The notes under the pieces are model-generated. The model ran no database searches. It was given only the letters and a program-made list of their open reading frames with translations, and was not told the DNA's origin. A DNA stretch of 44,024 nt from Nitrospirae bacterium CG2_30_53_67 (GTDB lineage: Bacteria > CG2-30-53-67): assembly GCA_001873285.1 (NCBI GenBank), contig MNYV01000104.1:1-44024 (forward strand), written 5' to 3'. The position numbers were made by a program, and so were the translations under genes. Shown piece after piece: positions 8,661 to 17,366 of the stretch; position 1 is the stretch's first letter; each line of letters begins with the position of its first letter.

Positions 8661-9005
8661 ATGAAGTTAAAAATCCTGACCTGTCTTATGATCCTATGCC
8701 TGTTCCTCTTCCCCTCATCCGGAAAGGGAACCGCTGATCTGGATGGAAGAACCGGTATTTTAAATGCTCGACATAGGCCTGAGGTCTCCCTTCAGGAAAC
8801 CGGTTTACAGCCTTTTAAAAATGATACCCATGTTTCCGATAGATCCAAGGAGTACATTCCTGGATCCGTCCATGAGATGTCAGAGTCCTTGAGACAGAAG
8901 GATGCCCAGCCCGGCCGGATCTATGAACCGGTCCTCCTCTTCTTTCTGGGGTTCGGTCTGATTATCATAGCCGGGTTCGGGCGCAGGAAGCCGCCCTCCG
9001 GGTAG
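8661..9005 (+). CDS. Small secreted protein with variant PEP-CTERM sorting signal
   Basis: Signal peptide MKLKILTCLMILCLFLFPSSG. C-terminus IYEP, then a hydrophobic helix, then GRRK. Upstream TTGCGT-17-TAATAT at 8550-8578. Confidence 0.65.
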   Translation: MKLKILTCLMILCLFLFPSSGKGTADLDGRTGILNARHRPEVSLQETGLQPFKNDTHVSDRSKEYIPGSVHEMSESLRQKDAQPGRIYEPVLLFFLGFGLIIIAGFGRRKPPSG

Positions 9006-9037
9006 ATTTTCAAAGCTCCCCTGGAAAATCCTTCCGG

Positions 9038-9844
9038 CTATTTCCCCTCTTTGTCGTAATCTCTGTAGTAGTAATAAGAATCCTGAAGGGACTCTGGTGC
9101 GGAAATCATGTTCAGGCAGATCCCAAGAAGCTTCTCCCTTTCTATCTGGGAGATGGCGCGCAGGACATACTCCCTGGGAGTGACCCCGTCCTGGACGACC
9201 ATCAGGACCCCCTCTACCAGAGGAATAAGGATAGACGCATCGGTAAAAACATTGATGGGAGAGGTATCCAGAATGATAAAACGATCCTCGTACCGGGATT
9301 TGATCTCACGGATCAACTGGGACATCCTCTCCGAGCTCAGGAGTTCCGAGGGATTCTCCGGCGGTTGACCGGATGGGAGGAGGATCAACTTGGGAATCTC
9401 CGTCTTCACAAGAAGCTCAGGGATCTCCGCCTCACCCCGTAGAAAATCCACAAGGCCCTTCTTGGCTTCAATGCCCAGATAGGTATGAACGCCAGGTTTG
9501 CGAAAGTCGGTATCCATCATCAAGACCGTCTCATTCATCCCCTGAGCCACAGAGACGGCCAGATTGAGCGCCGTCGTGGTCTTCCCCTCCCCTCGGGTGG
9601 CGCTGGTCACCATCAGGGTGTTCTCCATTCTGCTTCTCATCTTTTTCATGACCTGCGTTCGCAGCCGTTTAAACTGTTCCGCGGCCAGCGATTTTGAATC
9701 GAGAATGGTCACCAGGTATGCGCTCAGCTTGGAAAAATCCAGGGACTTGTCGTTCCATTCCTTCTGCAGTTTGAATAGATCCGGGCTGCTCCTGGATTCC
9801 CGCTCGCGGATGGCCTTTTCCAGCCCTTTTTCGATACTTCTCAT
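9038..9844 (-). CDS. CpsD/CapB family tyrosine-protein kinase (Wzc cytoplasmic half, EPS/PEP-CTERM associated)
   Basis: AEQFKRLRT, GEGKTT, DTDFRKP, NPSELL, ILDTSP and C-terminal YYYYRDY cluster. Confidence 0.92.
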   Translation of the reverse strand: MRSIEKGLEKAIRERESRSSPDLFKLQKEWNDKSLDFSKLSAYLVTILDSKSLAAEQFKRLRTQVMKKMRSRMENTLMVTSATRGEGKTTTALNLAVSVAQGMNETVLMMDTDFRKPGVHTYLGIEAKKGLVDFLRGEAEIPELLVKTEIPKLILLPSGQPPENPSELLSSERMSQLIREIKSRYEDRFIILDTSPINVFTDASILIPLVEGVLMVVQDGVTPREYVLRAISQIEREKLLGICLNMISAPESLQDSYYYYRDYDKEGK

Positions 9845-9856
9845 GGACTTCCCCTT

Positions 9857-11605
9857 TTAACTTTTACGGACGTTTTCCAGGTCCGAAATATTCAGGACCT
9901 CTTCATACGTGGTCACACCGCGGATCACTTTCCGAAGGGCATCCTGATAGAGCGATACCGTCCCTTTTCTTAAGATGGCATCCCGGATCTCTTTCCGTGA
10001 AGCCTTTTCCAGAATCAACTGCCTGACCTCTTCATTCAGAACGGAGAGTTCAAATATCCCGGAATGACCGTGGTACCCGGTGAATCCGCAGTCCTTGCAG
10101 CCGGTCCCCCGATGAAAGGTGATCTCCCCGGTATTCACAAGAGGCTGGATATCCTCCAGGATCTTCTTGGGAGGGATGAAGTCTCCGGAACAGTTTGGAC
10201 AAATCCTTTGAACAAGCCTCTGGCTTAGAATGGCGGTGATGGCCTGAGAGATCAAAAAAGGCGGAATCCCCATGTCCATCAGATGAAGAACGGCGCCGGC
10301 GGCATCATTGTAATTAAGCCTCCCGAATACCAGGGTCCTCGACAGAGAGGCCTGAAGCACGTATTCGATAGGTTTGGCATCATTCATATCTCCGAGCATC
10401 ACGACATCCGGGTCCTGCGCCAGGAGGGAACGCACACCGTCGGTCAATGTGAGACCGGCCTTCTCATTGGGCTGGCCTTGAAAAATTCCTTCGATCAGAT
10501 TCTTGATCGGATTTTCAAAGGTATAGATGCTCCTCTCCTTCGTATTCAAATCATTCAGGACCGCATACAGGGTCGATGTCTTCCCGCTGTTGTTCGGCCC
10601 CACCAGCAGGATAAAGCCTCGTTTTAGGCTGATCAGACTCTTGAACTCCTGTAAAACCTCGCTCTCCATGCCGAGGGAGTCCAGATTGACGGCCTCCTGG
10701 TATTGCTTGTGAAGACTCAGGACCGCGCTCTCCCCATACCGGGTGGGGAAGGTGGAGACCTTGACATCCACGAAACGGCCCTTGGAACGGACCTGGAAAT
10801 AGCTCTCCTGCGGAATATGATGTTTGGTGATATCCAGCGAACTGAGGATTTTCAGCCGGTTGATGATATTGACATGGTATTTCTTCGGAGGCGTAATCAA
10901 AGGAACCAAAATCCCGTCCGTCCTTAAGCGGATCTGCAGGCTCTCCATGAAGGGCTCGATATGCACATGAGAAGCCTGCTTGTCCAATGCGGTCAGAAGC
11001 ATGAGATTCACCAGCCGGACAATGGGGGTATCCTCCGAAGACGTGATCAGATCCTCTATGTCGGCGCTCTCTTCATCCTCACGCTTTAAAATTTCTATAT
11101 CCACTTCCTCCTCGGCTGCCAGTTCGGCCTCCCAATCCAGATCCTTTGCTTCCTCTTCCTCTTTCCGATAGTAAGTATCCAGGGCCCTCTGGATGGATAT
11201 CTCCGCTGTAACCACGGGCGCGATTTTCAACCCGGTGATGAAGGACATCTCATTGGCCACAACAATGTCATGCGGGTTGGCCATGGCCACCGTAAGGAGC
11301 TTGTCTTTGCGCTGGACGGCGATCACCTTGTGTTCTCTGCAATATTTTTCCGGGATCAGACGGACGATATTCAGATCCAGCCTGTACTGTTCCAGACTGA
11401 TGAAGGCGACATTATGCTGTCTGGCCAGAAGATAGTCCAGGTCCTCAGGGGTGAGAAAACCCATCTTGATCAGCACGGAACCCAGCCTCTCCTTGGTCCG
11501 CTTCTGCTCATCGAGGGCGAGACTCAACTGCTGGTCATCAACCACTTCGAGCTCTTTTAAAAGCTCCCCGATCTTCTGTCTTGAGGTTTCATCAACCAAA
11601 TCCAT
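9857..11605 (-). CDS. GspE/PilB-family ATPase homolog with N-terminal MshEN domain and degenerate catalytic motifs
   Basis: RLGSVLIKMGFLTPEDLDYLLARQ MshEN motif, ASHVHIEP, GPNNSGKTST, QDPDVVMLGDMND and CPNC/CKDC zinc motif. Confidence 0.88.
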   Translation of the reverse strand: MDLVDETSRQKIGELLKELEVVDDQQLSLALDEQKRTKERLGSVLIKMGFLTPEDLDYLLARQHNVAFISLEQYRLDLNIVRLIPEKYCREHKVIAVQRKDKLLTVAMANPHDIVVANEMSFITGLKIAPVVTAEISIQRALDTYYRKEEEEAKDLDWEAELAAEEEVDIEILKREDEESADIEDLITSSEDTPIVRLVNLMLLTALDKQASHVHIEPFMESLQIRLRTDGILVPLITPPKKYHVNIINRLKILSSLDITKHHIPQESYFQVRSKGRFVDVKVSTFPTRYGESAVLSLHKQYQEAVNLDSLGMESEVLQEFKSLISLKRGFILLVGPNNSGKTSTLYAVLNDLNTKERSIYTFENPIKNLIEGIFQGQPNEKAGLTLTDGVRSLLAQDPDVVMLGDMNDAKPIEYVLQASLSRTLVFGRLNYNDAAGAVLHLMDMGIPPFLISQAITAILSQRLVQRICPNCSGDFIPPKKILEDIQPLVNTGEITFHRGTGCKDCGFTGYHGHSGIFELSVLNEEVRQLILEKASRKEIRDAILRKGTVSLYQDALRKVIRGVTTYEEVLNISDLENVRKS

Positions 11606-11647
11606 TCCCCTGTTGCCAAAGAAACCCGCGCCTCACGGCGTGGAGTC

Positions 11648-13279
11648 TCAGTTTTTTTCTATGTCCATTTTCAGCGACATGACGATCAGGTTGGCCAGTG
11701 AGACCATCACCTGCATGTCGGGATCTCTCTCTTGGACTTGGGCGGTATCGGCATACCATAACGCCACAATCCTCCCCATGATCTCCACGGGATAAAGGAA
11801 ATGCCACGCGGGCCTTTTTTCGAGAAACCGGTTCAAAAACTTATTGTACTCGCGCTCTTCAGGCGGCGGGCCGGCAAATATCCCTTTCCCCTCTGTATAG
11901 AGACCTTTCAGCAAGGGGATCTGATCAAACTCCACGGAGACACGTTTGACCTTATCTGCAAAATCGGCGCGTAAGGATGACCTCCCGGCATACCCTTCCA
12001 GATATTTTTTCTTCCAGATAAAAAGGGCCGTATGGTCGTATCGTCCGGCCATAAAATCCAGAACTTCTTCAATGGCTCGGTCGACATTCCCCTCTTTCAC
12101 GAGCATGCTGCTGACTTCATAAAGAATTTTTTGAATCTGGGCATCTTCAATGACCTGCCCCCCGAGACGCATGATCTCTGTTTCTCTATGGTAGAGACCC
12201 TCGATCAGATCGTCCTCGACAAATTCGGCTCTCTCGATGAAATATTCCTGATAATATTGATGAATACTGATGTCGAGACAATAGACCAGTTCCGCAAGAA
12301 ACGACTGGAAGATCTGTTCAAAGTTTTGAGATGAAATTACGGAAAGGTCCGGCTTGACCAGACAGAAAATCCCGCCTGAAAAAAGAATCTTTCTTCGCAG
12401 GTTGGAAATCGGATACGAGGTGCAGACCAGGATGGGAACTTCGGGATGCTTTTTATGGAGACTCTCCATGAATGACAGGCCCTCCAGTTTCATGGAGGCC
12501 TGTTCATGGGGGAACCCGATATCCGTGACCACAATCGGGCTGTATCCCTTCTCAAGCAGCCGATCGATCTCAAACCGCGCCTTTTCGAGGCTGCTCGTCC
12601 CCTTCACCTGAAAATTTCTTTTGGCCAGATCGTCCTTGATCATCATCCTCCATTTTGCATCCCCCTCCACCAGCACGATCATCATCTTCGGTTCAAAGAC
12701 CTTGGCCCTTGAAAGGGTATGCTGAATCTCCTGATATAACCGGTGGTTGATCCTTGGATTCGGATGCGACTCAATCCTGTCCAGCGGGGTCTTGGCCGGC
12801 AACGATTTCAGTTCTTTAACCCGCTTTTTCTTCTCTTTCAGGATGGTGTTCGGCCGGATCAGCACCAGAGGCGGCCGTTTGGGGGGTATCCTTTCAAAAG
12901 TGAACCGCCCTTTTTCCCACATCATCAGATGAACGACCGCTTCCTCGATCTGCTGCTCTACCACTTGTCTCACCCGTTCCGGGGGGAGCAGATTTTTCTC
13001 AAAAAGGATTTCTCCCAGAGAACCATCATTTCCATTCTCCTGGTCGCGAAGAGCCTGCCAGAGATCCGAGGGATGAATAGCGCCTTCCTGAATCAGCCTC
13101 TGCCCGAGCCGTTCCCCGGCATAGGGATAGTCTGCAGAATAGATCAGACCGTTCTCGAATAAAACCTCTCCGATCCCCTGTTCGCTTTTCAGAAAAAGGG
13201 CCCCCGTCTGCTCTTCGGCCTCGGCCTGCTCCATGAGCGCATCCAAGGGGATATCCTGAATAAAACCTGCGATTTCCAT
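11648..13279 (-). CDS. DUF4388 (PatA_N-like) + MshEN-like repeat + receiver domain + GAF-like C-terminus
   Basis: GFIQDIPLDAL...TGALFL..GEVLFENG and WEKGRFTF; RLGQRLIQEG..LWQALRDQ; receiver motifs VLVEGD, VVTD, CTSY, KP. Confidence 0.75.
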   Translation of the reverse strand: MEIAGFIQDIPLDALMEQAEAEEQTGALFLKSEQGIGEVLFENGLIYSADYPYAGERLGQRLIQEGAIHPSDLWQALRDQENGNDGSLGEILFEKNLLPPERVRQVVEQQIEEAVVHLMMWEKGRFTFERIPPKRPPLVLIRPNTILKEKKKRVKELKSLPAKTPLDRIESHPNPRINHRLYQEIQHTLSRAKVFEPKMMIVLVEGDAKWRMMIKDDLAKRNFQVKGTSSLEKARFEIDRLLEKGYSPIVVTDIGFPHEQASMKLEGLSFMESLHKKHPEVPILVCTSYPISNLRRKILFSGGIFCLVKPDLSVISSQNFEQIFQSFLAELVYCLDISIHQYYQEYFIERAEFVEDDLIEGLYHRETEIMRLGGQVIEDAQIQKILYEVSSMLVKEGNVDRAIEEVLDFMAGRYDHTALFIWKKKYLEGYAGRSSLRADFADKVKRVSVEFDQIPLLKGLYTEGKGIFAGPPPEEREYNKFLNRFLEKRPAWHFLYPVEIMGRIVALWYADTAQVQERDPDMQVMVSLANLIVMSLKMDIEKN

Positions 13280-13382
13280 ACTGCCTCATGTCATCCGGCC
13301 GTTCCCCGTCAGCCGCTCATCCCTCATCCCTTGGAAACAGCCGGTTCCCGATGGGCCATGCCTGGAGAATTTCAAATTTCTT

Positions 13383-15443
13383 CTAAGATCCCTGCAAGAT
13401 CTTCCGTATGATCCTGTTGAATCGTCTCCCAAGAGCCTTGTTTTCTCGATGAGAGTCTTCTGATTCCTGACCCGATGATGCTCTCACCATCGCGTGGAAA
13501 AAAACGGGGCCTCGGTCCCCTCGAGTCAAGGGCGCGTCCTTCCCTCCAATTCTCAAGATCATGTTCCTCAGTTCGTCAAGCTTTTTTTCGAGAAGCCGTT
13601 CTTTTCCCAGCCATGCCCCTGTGCCCGAGTCTTCTGCCGCGGCCTGAACCTCGAACGCCCTGAAACTTTTCTTGGATGCTTCAATATTTTTAAGGAGCTT
13701 CTCTTCCTTTTTTTTGAGTTGGACGTAGTTCTTGTCGATCCGTTCCATTCCGGTCGGGAGATCAGCCTCTTCCGCTCGAATGGTCTCCATGATTTGCTTC
13801 TGAAAATCAAGGGAGTCCATATCCGATTTCAAACTGTCAATCTGAGAAATCAGATCCAAAAAGAGTTCCTCCTTCAAATCAAAAGAGGCCTGATCTCCTG
13901 GTCCTGAAATTCGAACGGCGCCGGCCGCCGGCCGAGGGGTCCCCTTCTCCAGAAGAAGGATCTTCTCCGTGAGTTCTTCCTCTTTTCTTCGCACGGATTG
14001 CTGCTGCTTTTCCAGTTCTTTCAGACGATCTTCTATGGATTTGTCCTGACCGATGGCCTCCAGCAGAACCTTTTTGTTCTCCAACTCCTGAATGATCCCT
14101 TTCAGGTCCTCCATCTTTCCATCCAGCTCTTCTTCCCTCTCTTTCAGCCTCGCCTGGACCTCCCCCGGTTCTTCTATTCTCTTCTTAAAGATCTCCTTAT
14201 CTTCAACACCCCCGCCGGCTGCTTCCGGTCTTCCGGAAGCGGGGTCCTCCTGTTCGCCGGATGGCGCGGGACGCAGCTCGGCCTGCTGTATTTTCTCCAG
14301 AACCTCGTTCCTCTTCTCCTCAATGCTCTCTTTCAGGGTATTGATTTCATCCAGCCGTTTGGAAACTTCGGATAATTTCTGGTGGATTTCGCTCTCCTTC
14401 CTGAAGAGCATCTGTTCACGATCCTGCAGGTTGAAGAGATTTCCCTTGGCCTGCATCTCCTCTTCCATATTCAGGAGCCGCTCGTAAATCAACTGATTTT
14501 CTTCCCCCTTCTGGATATAAACCTTCTGCATCTGATCGTACAGGGTCTGAAACTTCTTATTCAGCTCAATGACGTGCAGATCCAGAGGATCCGTCTCCGT
14601 GCTTTTACGGGGCAGGACCTGAGCGGCCGAGGGGCTGCCGATCTCCTGCAACTCTTGAATCACGCCGTCCATGATCTCACCGTCAACGATCTTTTTTTCT
14701 TCCACGTATCCGAGCCGGAGACCCGCATCGGATATCACATTGATCAACCGGGGGATCCCTTTTGAGTAGGCATAAATTTTCTTCAACGCCTCAGGCGTAA
14801 ATATCTCGGATGGGCGTCCGATAGCGACCGATAGACGATGGTTCACATACAGGGATGTCTCTTCTTCGCTCAGGGGCGTCATATGGAATTGCACCGTCAC
14901 CCTCTGCCTTAATTGTTCCAGATCCGGCAGATTCAGCTTGTACTTGAGCTGCGGTTGTCCCACCATCACGATCTGAACCAGTTTTTCCGTGCTGGTCTCC
15001 AGATTCGAGATCATTCGAAGCTCTTCCATGGCATCAATGCTCAGGTTCTGAGCCTCGTCTATGACCAGCAGGACCTCTCTCCGCTCCGAGTAGGCCTTGA
15101 GAAGAAGCTGCGTCAGCATGGAGATCATTTTGGGCTTGGTCTCGTCACGGGTTTCGATTCCGAACTCGTTGAGGATATGCTCGATCAATTCCTTGGCATT
15201 GAAATTCGTATTGATGATCCTGGCCACCAGACTGGTTCGAGGAAGGCCGTTCAAGAGGACGCGAAGAAGTAAAGTCTTCCCGGACCCCAGCTCGCCGGTG
15301 ATGACCACAAAACCATTCCGGTCTTCCAGTCCGTACTGCAGGTGCGAAATGGCTGCGCGGTGCACTTCACTCATGTAGAGAAAACGAGGATCGGGAACCA
15401 GCTTAAACGGTTTTTCCTTGAGACCATAAAATTTCGTATACAT
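13383..15443 (-). CDS. ExeA/GspA-family AAA ATPase (XrtA/PEP-CTERM-associated type) with long coiled-coil tail
   Basis: MYTKFYGLKEKPF..PDPRF, GELGSGKT, IDEAQNL, LRMISNLE, GQPQL and GIPRLIN, then ~400 aa E/K/L-rich helical region. Confidence 0.9.
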   Translation of the reverse strand: MYTKFYGLKEKPFKLVPDPRFLYMSEVHRAAISHLQYGLEDRNGFVVITGELGSGKTLLLRVLLNGLPRTSLVARIINTNFNAKELIEHILNEFGIETRDETKPKMISMLTQLLLKAYSERREVLLVIDEAQNLSIDAMEELRMISNLETSTEKLVQIVMVGQPQLKYKLNLPDLEQLRQRVTVQFHMTPLSEEETSLYVNHRLSVAIGRPSEIFTPEALKKIYAYSKGIPRLINVISDAGLRLGYVEEKKIVDGEIMDGVIQELQEIGSPSAAQVLPRKSTETDPLDLHVIELNKKFQTLYDQMQKVYIQKGEENQLIYERLLNMEEEMQAKGNLFNLQDREQMLFRKESEIHQKLSEVSKRLDEINTLKESIEEKRNEVLEKIQQAELRPAPSGEQEDPASGRPEAAGGGVEDKEIFKKRIEEPGEVQARLKEREEELDGKMEDLKGIIQELENKKVLLEAIGQDKSIEDRLKELEKQQQSVRRKEEELTEKILLLEKGTPRPAAGAVRISGPGDQASFDLKEELFLDLISQIDSLKSDMDSLDFQKQIMETIRAEEADLPTGMERIDKNYVQLKKKEEKLLKNIEASKKSFRAFEVQAAAEDSGTGAWLGKERLLEKKLDELRNMILRIGGKDAPLTRGDRGPVFFHAMVRASSGQESEDSHRENKALGRRFNRIIRKILQGS

Positions 15444-15471
15444 AATCGAGTTGACTCACTCCTACTGCTCT

Positions 15472-17001
15472 TCACCTCAGAAAAACAGCAACGACCGCCG
15501 CCCCGATCAATAAGATAAAAAAAAGAACGGACCCGAAGATCCATCGCTTACGATTCATTTTTCTGATCTCTATCTCCCTTTCAGCCGTGATCACCGGAAT
15601 CGCAGACAGCACCGGAACCTTGTAGATCTCTTCGGCCTCTCGCACGCCTCTTGTGGACGTGTCAAAATAGTCTTTTAAAAAAATCAAACCGATCCCTGCG
15701 GCACAACCTGAAGCAAGACCCGCGGCAAGAAAGTGAAGATAATTCGGTTTGATCGGCTTGAGAGGAACAATGGCCGGATCGATCACCTGAAAGCGCGTTC
15801 CCCCGCTGCTGAACTCAAGATACTTCGATATCCTCGCCTCTTCATACCGTCTCAGCAGCATGTCATAAATATTCTCGTTGACATTGTAGTCCCGCTGCAA
15901 GGCCGCCAGTTGCTGCTCCTGGCTGGGGATACTGACGACTTTCTGCCCGTACTCTGCGATCTTTTTTTCCAAAGCCCCTTTCTTGGCTTCAAGCGTGCCG
16001 ATCGTAATACTGATGTTGTTGTAGTCTTCCTTTAATTTCTGGTGCAGGGGATTGAGGGTCGTTAAATCCCCGGACTTCGGCGGCGCTGGATCAGAACCTT
16101 TGCTCTGTTTGGCATCGGCTTCCTTCCTGAGATGATCGAGTTCCGTCTTGATCCGGACGACGTCCGGGTGTTTCTCCGTGTAATTGGCCAGAAACTGGCT
16201 CAACTGAAATTCCAGGATCTTGATCTTGTCTCCGGTGGATGAGGCCTCCCCGGTTGACATCGAGACCACCATCGGACTTTCGCTTGACATCTGTTTCTCA
16301 ATAAAGCCTTTTCTCCCCATGGCCTCCTGAATGGCCATATTGGTCTCGGCCAGGGTATCCCTGAGCCGGTCCAATTGAACGAGATTGGTATTCTGCTGAC
16401 CAGGCATCTCCCCGATATGCTCCTGTTTAAACTTCCGGAGCGCATCCTCGCTTTCTTCCAGTTTCGCTTTGTATATATCCAATTGTTTCCGGATGAAATC
16501 CACAGACGAAAAGGCCTCCTCCCTCTTGAGAGAAAGGCTTTCATCAATGAAAAGGTTAACAATGGTATTGGTGATTTTCATGGCCCTCTCGGGATCGGAG
16601 TCCTGAAACGAGACGGTAAAAAGTTCCGCTCCCTTCTTCATGATGGAAACGCCATCCCGGATGGATTGGATCAGTTTTTCCATCTCCAGATTGCCCTCCA
16701 TCCCCTTGTCCAGATTCAGTTTCCGGATGGTCTCGATCAGATGGGGCCGGCTGAGGGCCATCTCCTGCAGGGTCTTGAGCTGCCCCTGAAGGTCTTCGTT
16801 GACCACTCTCCGGGTTTCAATAGGATTGGGCTGCGGTTTTTGAACCTTGATGACCGTGCTCGACTCATAGATCTTCGGGAAAAAAAGACTGCTCAATGAA
16901 ACGAGAGAGAACACCAAAATGAACGGGGCAAAAAAGAACCTCTTGTTTCTGAGAAAGAGCGAATAATATTCCATGAAATCCATATTATGATGCTCGATCA
17001 T
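15472..17001 (-). CDS. Polysaccharide chain-length determinant / co-polymerase (Wzz/GumC; XrtA-system type)
   Basis: N-terminal TM with PKIYES, periplasmic coiled coil, YTEKHPDV, FQVIDPAIVP..P.KPN and C-terminal TMs. Confidence 0.9.
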   Translation of the reverse strand: MIEHHNMDFMEYYSLFLRNKRFFFAPFILVFSLVSLSSLFFPKIYESSTVIKVQKPQPNPIETRRVVNEDLQGQLKTLQEMALSRPHLIETIRKLNLDKGMEGNLEMEKLIQSIRDGVSIMKKGAELFTVSFQDSDPERAMKITNTIVNLFIDESLSLKREEAFSSVDFIRKQLDIYKAKLEESEDALRKFKQEHIGEMPGQQNTNLVQLDRLRDTLAETNMAIQEAMGRKGFIEKQMSSESPMVVSMSTGEASSTGDKIKILEFQLSQFLANYTEKHPDVVRIKTELDHLRKEADAKQSKGSDPAPPKSGDLTTLNPLHQKLKEDYNNISITIGTLEAKKGALEKKIAEYGQKVVSIPSQEQQLAALQRDYNVNENIYDMLLRRYEEARISKYLEFSSGGTRFQVIDPAIVPLKPIKPNYLHFLAAGLASGCAAGIGLIFLKDYFDTSTRGVREAEEIYKVPVLSAIPVITAEREIEIRKMNRKRWIFGSVLFFILLIGAAVVAVFLR

Positions 17002-17078
17002 ATCCTATGCCTTATGTTTTGCAGTAGAGCTGCCGTCAGCCCGATCATCGGAACTTGAGATCCCGTGCGCTGATCCTA

Positions 17079-17285
17079 AGTGGTCCTGTTCGTAAATATG
17101 GTGACGTACCGAAAGGGTCGTAGGACGGGCTATCCGCGCGCGACTCAGCGCGTACCCCTCCGGTACACCGCAAGGAGCGGAACGCCGATGAGACCGCCCT
17201 CTTGTACTCGGTTTACCGGTAACGGCACCTGTCTGCCATGGCACAGGCAGGCTCGAATGCCACCGTATTTACGAATAGGGCCACT
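17079..17285. mobile_element. MITE-like element with ~27 bp terminal inverted repeats, containing a nested REP-like palindrome
   Basis: AGTGGTCCTGTTCGTAAATATGGTGAC (17079-17105) versus GCCACCGTATTTACGAATAGGGCCACT (17259-17285): 23/27 Watson-Crick, 3 G-U. No transposase. Confidence 0.7.
17227..17252. repeat. REP-like palindrome
   Basis: ACCTGTCTGCCATGGCACAGGCAGGC; same family as 3789 and 39459. Confidence 0.8.
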
Positions 17286-17335
17286 AAACCGGAGACAAGA
17301 TCAAACCCCCTGAAAATACTTAAAAAATCATTTTT

Positions 17336-17365
17336 ATTATATCTTGGAACCCTTTAGAAGTTCAA
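17336..17365 (-). promoter_or_regulatory. Putative sigma70 promoter for the wzz-exeA operon
   Basis: Minus strand TTGAAC-18 bp-TATAAT. Confidence 0.55.
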
Positions 17366-17366
17366 G

